Assembly (NCBI RefSeq): GCF_001194135.2
Contig: NC_068986.1
Span: 21,800,805 to 21,854,281 of the forward strand
Length of the DNA: 53,477 bases
Reading direction: 5' to 3'
DNA from: Octopus bimaculoides
Lineage: Eukaryota
Part shown: piece by piece, positions 49,860 through 53,477 of the stretch
Position numbering within the stretch: position 1 is the first letter of the stretch
How the letters are laid out: each line of letters opens with the position of its first letter
Notes under the pieces: generated by a model
Told to the model about the DNA's origin: nothing
The model's input: the letters and a program-made list of their open reading frames with translations, nothing else
The model's database searches: none
Made by a program: the position numbers and the translations under genes

Positions 49860-50320
49860 TCCAGTCTTGCAAGTCACTTGGCAACCCCACAAGTGCTGGT
49901 GCCATGAAAAAAGTACCCGGTATATACTGTAAAGTAGTTGGTGTTAGGAAGGGCATCCAGCCATAGAAGCCATGCCAAAGGTCAGCTGGATCCTATCAAA
50001 TCATCCATCCCATGCCAGTATGGGAAACCAGTGTCGCATAACCAGCCCATTTAAAAGTACCCTTGATTGCTGGGCAAGACGTTGTGCTTAATAAGACCTG
50101 TTGAGTCAAGTGGAATTGTAGTCATGGCCAGCACCCGTGCTGGTGGCATGTAATAAGCACCAATGTAGCCAGTGCTCCCTGACTGGCTCCCATGCCTGTG
50201 GCATGAAAAAAGTACCATCCGAACGTGGTCAATGCCAGTGCCGACTAGCCCTGTTCAAACCATCCAACCCAAGCCAGCTTGGACAACAGACATTAAACAA
50301 TAATGATGATGATGATACAT
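49860..50320 (+). mobile_element. Composite of two RTE-tailed element remnants
   Basis: gttggtgttaggaagggcatccagcc..., gctggtggcatgtaataagcacc units, (gat)n tail. Confidence 0.55.
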
Positions 50321-51996
50321 CAGACTAGGAAGTTGGAAAAATGTTTCGGTACTATTTATTCACCATTACACATGTTTCGTTTTCTAATGGGAATTACAAA
50401 GTTGTACCTGTTGGATAAACATGTAAGAAATCAAATAATAAAACTACATACTGGATTGTAATACTGGAATAAGCAGATGTGCCTCAAGAGGGCACAGCTT
50501 GGATTTTACCCCACCTAAGAGTGAGAGATAATCCATTGCCTGGTTTAACATCTTCTGAGTGTCTTTAAAGGAGACCACTCAGTTGCAAGCATCCAGGCCA
50601 GGTCATTTGTTTGAGGATATCTGTGAAGGGCCATAGACAGCAGATTGGGTAGACAGAAACCGAAAGAAGCTCGTTGTCTGTATGTGTGCACGTGTGTGTG
50701 TGTATATATATATATATACGAAGATGCATGACTTACAACTTCACATTCAAGATTGCTAGATCATGGGTTCAATCCTGGACCAAGGGATACATTGTGTTCT
50801 GGAGGAAAACAACTTCACGTTGCTCCAGTTCGCTCAGCTGTAAATGAGTAATCCTACAATGGATAAGCAGGGAGAATGATGGCCTGCTCACCGTGCCAGC
50901 ATTATTTGAAAGCAAAAATGATACAAATGGAATTGTTACCAGTGATGTATAATAACAACTGGGAATATGGTTGATCACAATCTATACACACACACGCATA
51001 TATACATATACACATACATACATTTATAAACAAATATACATACATGTGTGTGTGTGTGTTTCTTTGTCTAGACATAATATGATGATTGTAAACAAGCATC
51101 CCCACCATACAAGTGAGGTTGTTTGTTTCCAGTCTTCCTTGGAAAATGTCTACCTATGAAGTAAAATATTACCTTGCATGGAAAACAGGTAAGGGTTGGT
51201 AACAAAAGGGGCATCCAGCTCCAGAAAATCTACCTCTACAAATGTCTTCTGACCCATGAAAGAATGAAAAAGTGGACATTAAATATTGATAATGACAATG
51301 ATGATGATATATAGTGCCTTTGTGTTTATATGGGATGGAGTGGGGTACTTTTTCAGGGGTTATATTCAGTTCAAGCACATGGAAAGAAACTTACCTGTTC
51401 TTGCATATTTACTCCTTGAACTTCCTTGGTGCAACCATGGCTATGTGGTTAAGATACCAGCTTTGCAACTCAACCATCTCAGGTTCAAGCTCACTGCACA
51501 ACACCTTGGATTAGTGTGAAATTTGGTTAATGGAAACTGCACAGAATCCCATCTAGAGAACTGTTCAATTCTTAACTGGTAGACTTGGATCTGATAGTCA
51601 GGGTAACACTACCCACCACCTGGCCATTTTTTTTTGGTGCCTTTAGTAGGGTACCATACTGTTGCAAGCCTTCAGACCATAACACAAGTCAGAGGGAATT
51701 TTCCTACCTCCCTCCTATCAGTCTAAGAAGCCCTTAAAAAGAGAGATCAAAAGGGTTATTGGTGTTGCCTTTCCCATTCATGCATAAAAAAAATGGAAAA
51801 AAAGAGAAAGAAATAAAGCCCTCATACAGTATCACTGAAATACTGGAAAAGAAGATAACTTGAGAAGGAAAAAGATATGTACATTATTTCAGTAAGTAAA
51901 AAATATGAAAAATTGTAATGATATATTTGAAACAAAGTAATTGAGTTAAAGAAAAGTTGTCTCATGCTTTAAAAGAAAATAACAGTTGCATATGGA

Positions 51997-52027
<31 letters not shown>

Positions 52028-52364
52028 TATTCTTAAACAAAAATGTTTCTGACAGTGACTTAGTTTTGGCCAACTAAGCCATCGCTGAGTTGCTCAACAA
52101 TGGCTTCGCTGACCGAAACTTCAAAGTCACTGGCAATAACATTCTTGTTTGAGAATAATAAATTTGTACTCTACAAAAATATAGAGTAACCCATCAGATT
52201 AATGTAAAATTGTTTTTTTTTTTATTATAACTGAATGTAAAACAAACATTAATATAATGTTTATATACATGTACACATAATTGAATTTAGATTTATAAAT
52301 TATTTACTCATGGGTAAATGATTTTGAAAGTCAATATGTATACATGTGTGTGTGTGTATGAGTA

Positions 52365-52403
<39 letters not shown>

Positions 52404-52502
52404 TTATGCCTTTTCACACTGATATGCAAAGCCAATGTACTAGTAATGTATAAAATTGTATATCAATACAACTGTAATTATACACCTGTATTATATGCAT
52501 AA

Positions 52503-52564
<62 letters not shown>

Positions 52565-52593
52565 GAACTTAAAGTTCATGTGTAATATGTATG

Positions 52594-52656
<63 letters not shown>

Positions 52657-53430
52657 TACACATGAACTTAGTAAAACTATGTTTGTGACATATTCTAACT
52701 TCTAAAGACAAATTCACTGTAGTTACTGTGAAGAAAAACTTCTTGCACATGTGTGGGTGTGTGTGTAAGAATCCACCTTTTGATGCAAGTCCAATGAAGT
52801 GCCACTCCAATGTTAATCTACCATAGATACTGCATAATTTTTCACATGGAACTATTTAAGTGCAATGGTATTAAAAATGGAACGGCACCAAAACAACCGT
52901 AGCTAGTAATAAAGATATGCTAAGTTCACTCTTTCTCGTCTTATGCATACATTATATATATATATGTATGTATGTAAAAGTGAACATGAAAATGGCGACA
53001 ACCAGGAATCGAAATTGGAACATTACAGTGCTTGTCAAATGGCTGTTTATTTGATGTGTACACAAATACGACACAAAAACAGAGAAAAAGATGGGGAGAG
53101 AGTTATATGCACAATCATAAAATACATACTGAATTAAACATGGGTTATTTACATGTTCTTAAAAGCACTTTTTTCATTTGTTATCACAGAAGGAAACTAT
53201 AAACTGGGTCTTAAAAGGAAATGTGTTCAAGAGACAATAAAATGAAATACAGTAAATTTGAAAAATGAAAATCAATAACATTATGTTATGGACGGGCTGC
53301 CAGCACTTGAACAATCCCAAAATGGTCCAAGGAAGTGTGTTTCGCAAACCTTTAGTTTTTCTTAGTAGTATTCCAAAGAGTCAAGTGGATACCATGTTAA
53401 CAAATCTAATTACCATCTGCTATATTGCTC

Positions 53431-53477
<47 letters not shown>

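Overview
AT-rich, repeat-dense animal genomic DNA from a draft assembly, with N-gaps that mostly flank (TA)n or (TTA)n tracts. The SINE families resemble those I recall from Octopus (coleoid cephalopod); this is recall, not a database search. I reconstructed by hand one + strand multi-exon gene (about 1500-31712, 13 exons, all GT-AG, splice phases consistent throughout). It splices to 512 codons including the terminal stop, but carries two internal in-frame stops (TAA 9813-9815, TGA 31154-31156). It is therefore a recent unprocessed pseudogene, an assembly or allelic artefact, or a recoded gene (A-to-I editing or readthrough). Its identity is unresolved; I see only a weak, remembered resemblance to TAF1A-type helical-repeat proteins, and the 5' end is uncertain. 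The rest of the window is transposon-derived: at least three tRNA-type SINE families, an RTE-tailed element with an internal ~65-bp tandem array, LINE remnants (CR1/L2-like RT, R4/Dong, HERO), piggyBac/hAT/Tc1 MITEs with visible TSDs, and several long palindromes. Most ORFs in the supplied track are microsatellite, N-gap or repeat artefacts. No second gene, tRNA, rRNA or CRISPR array could be supported. Repeat boundaries are approximate; exon boundaries were counted base by base.
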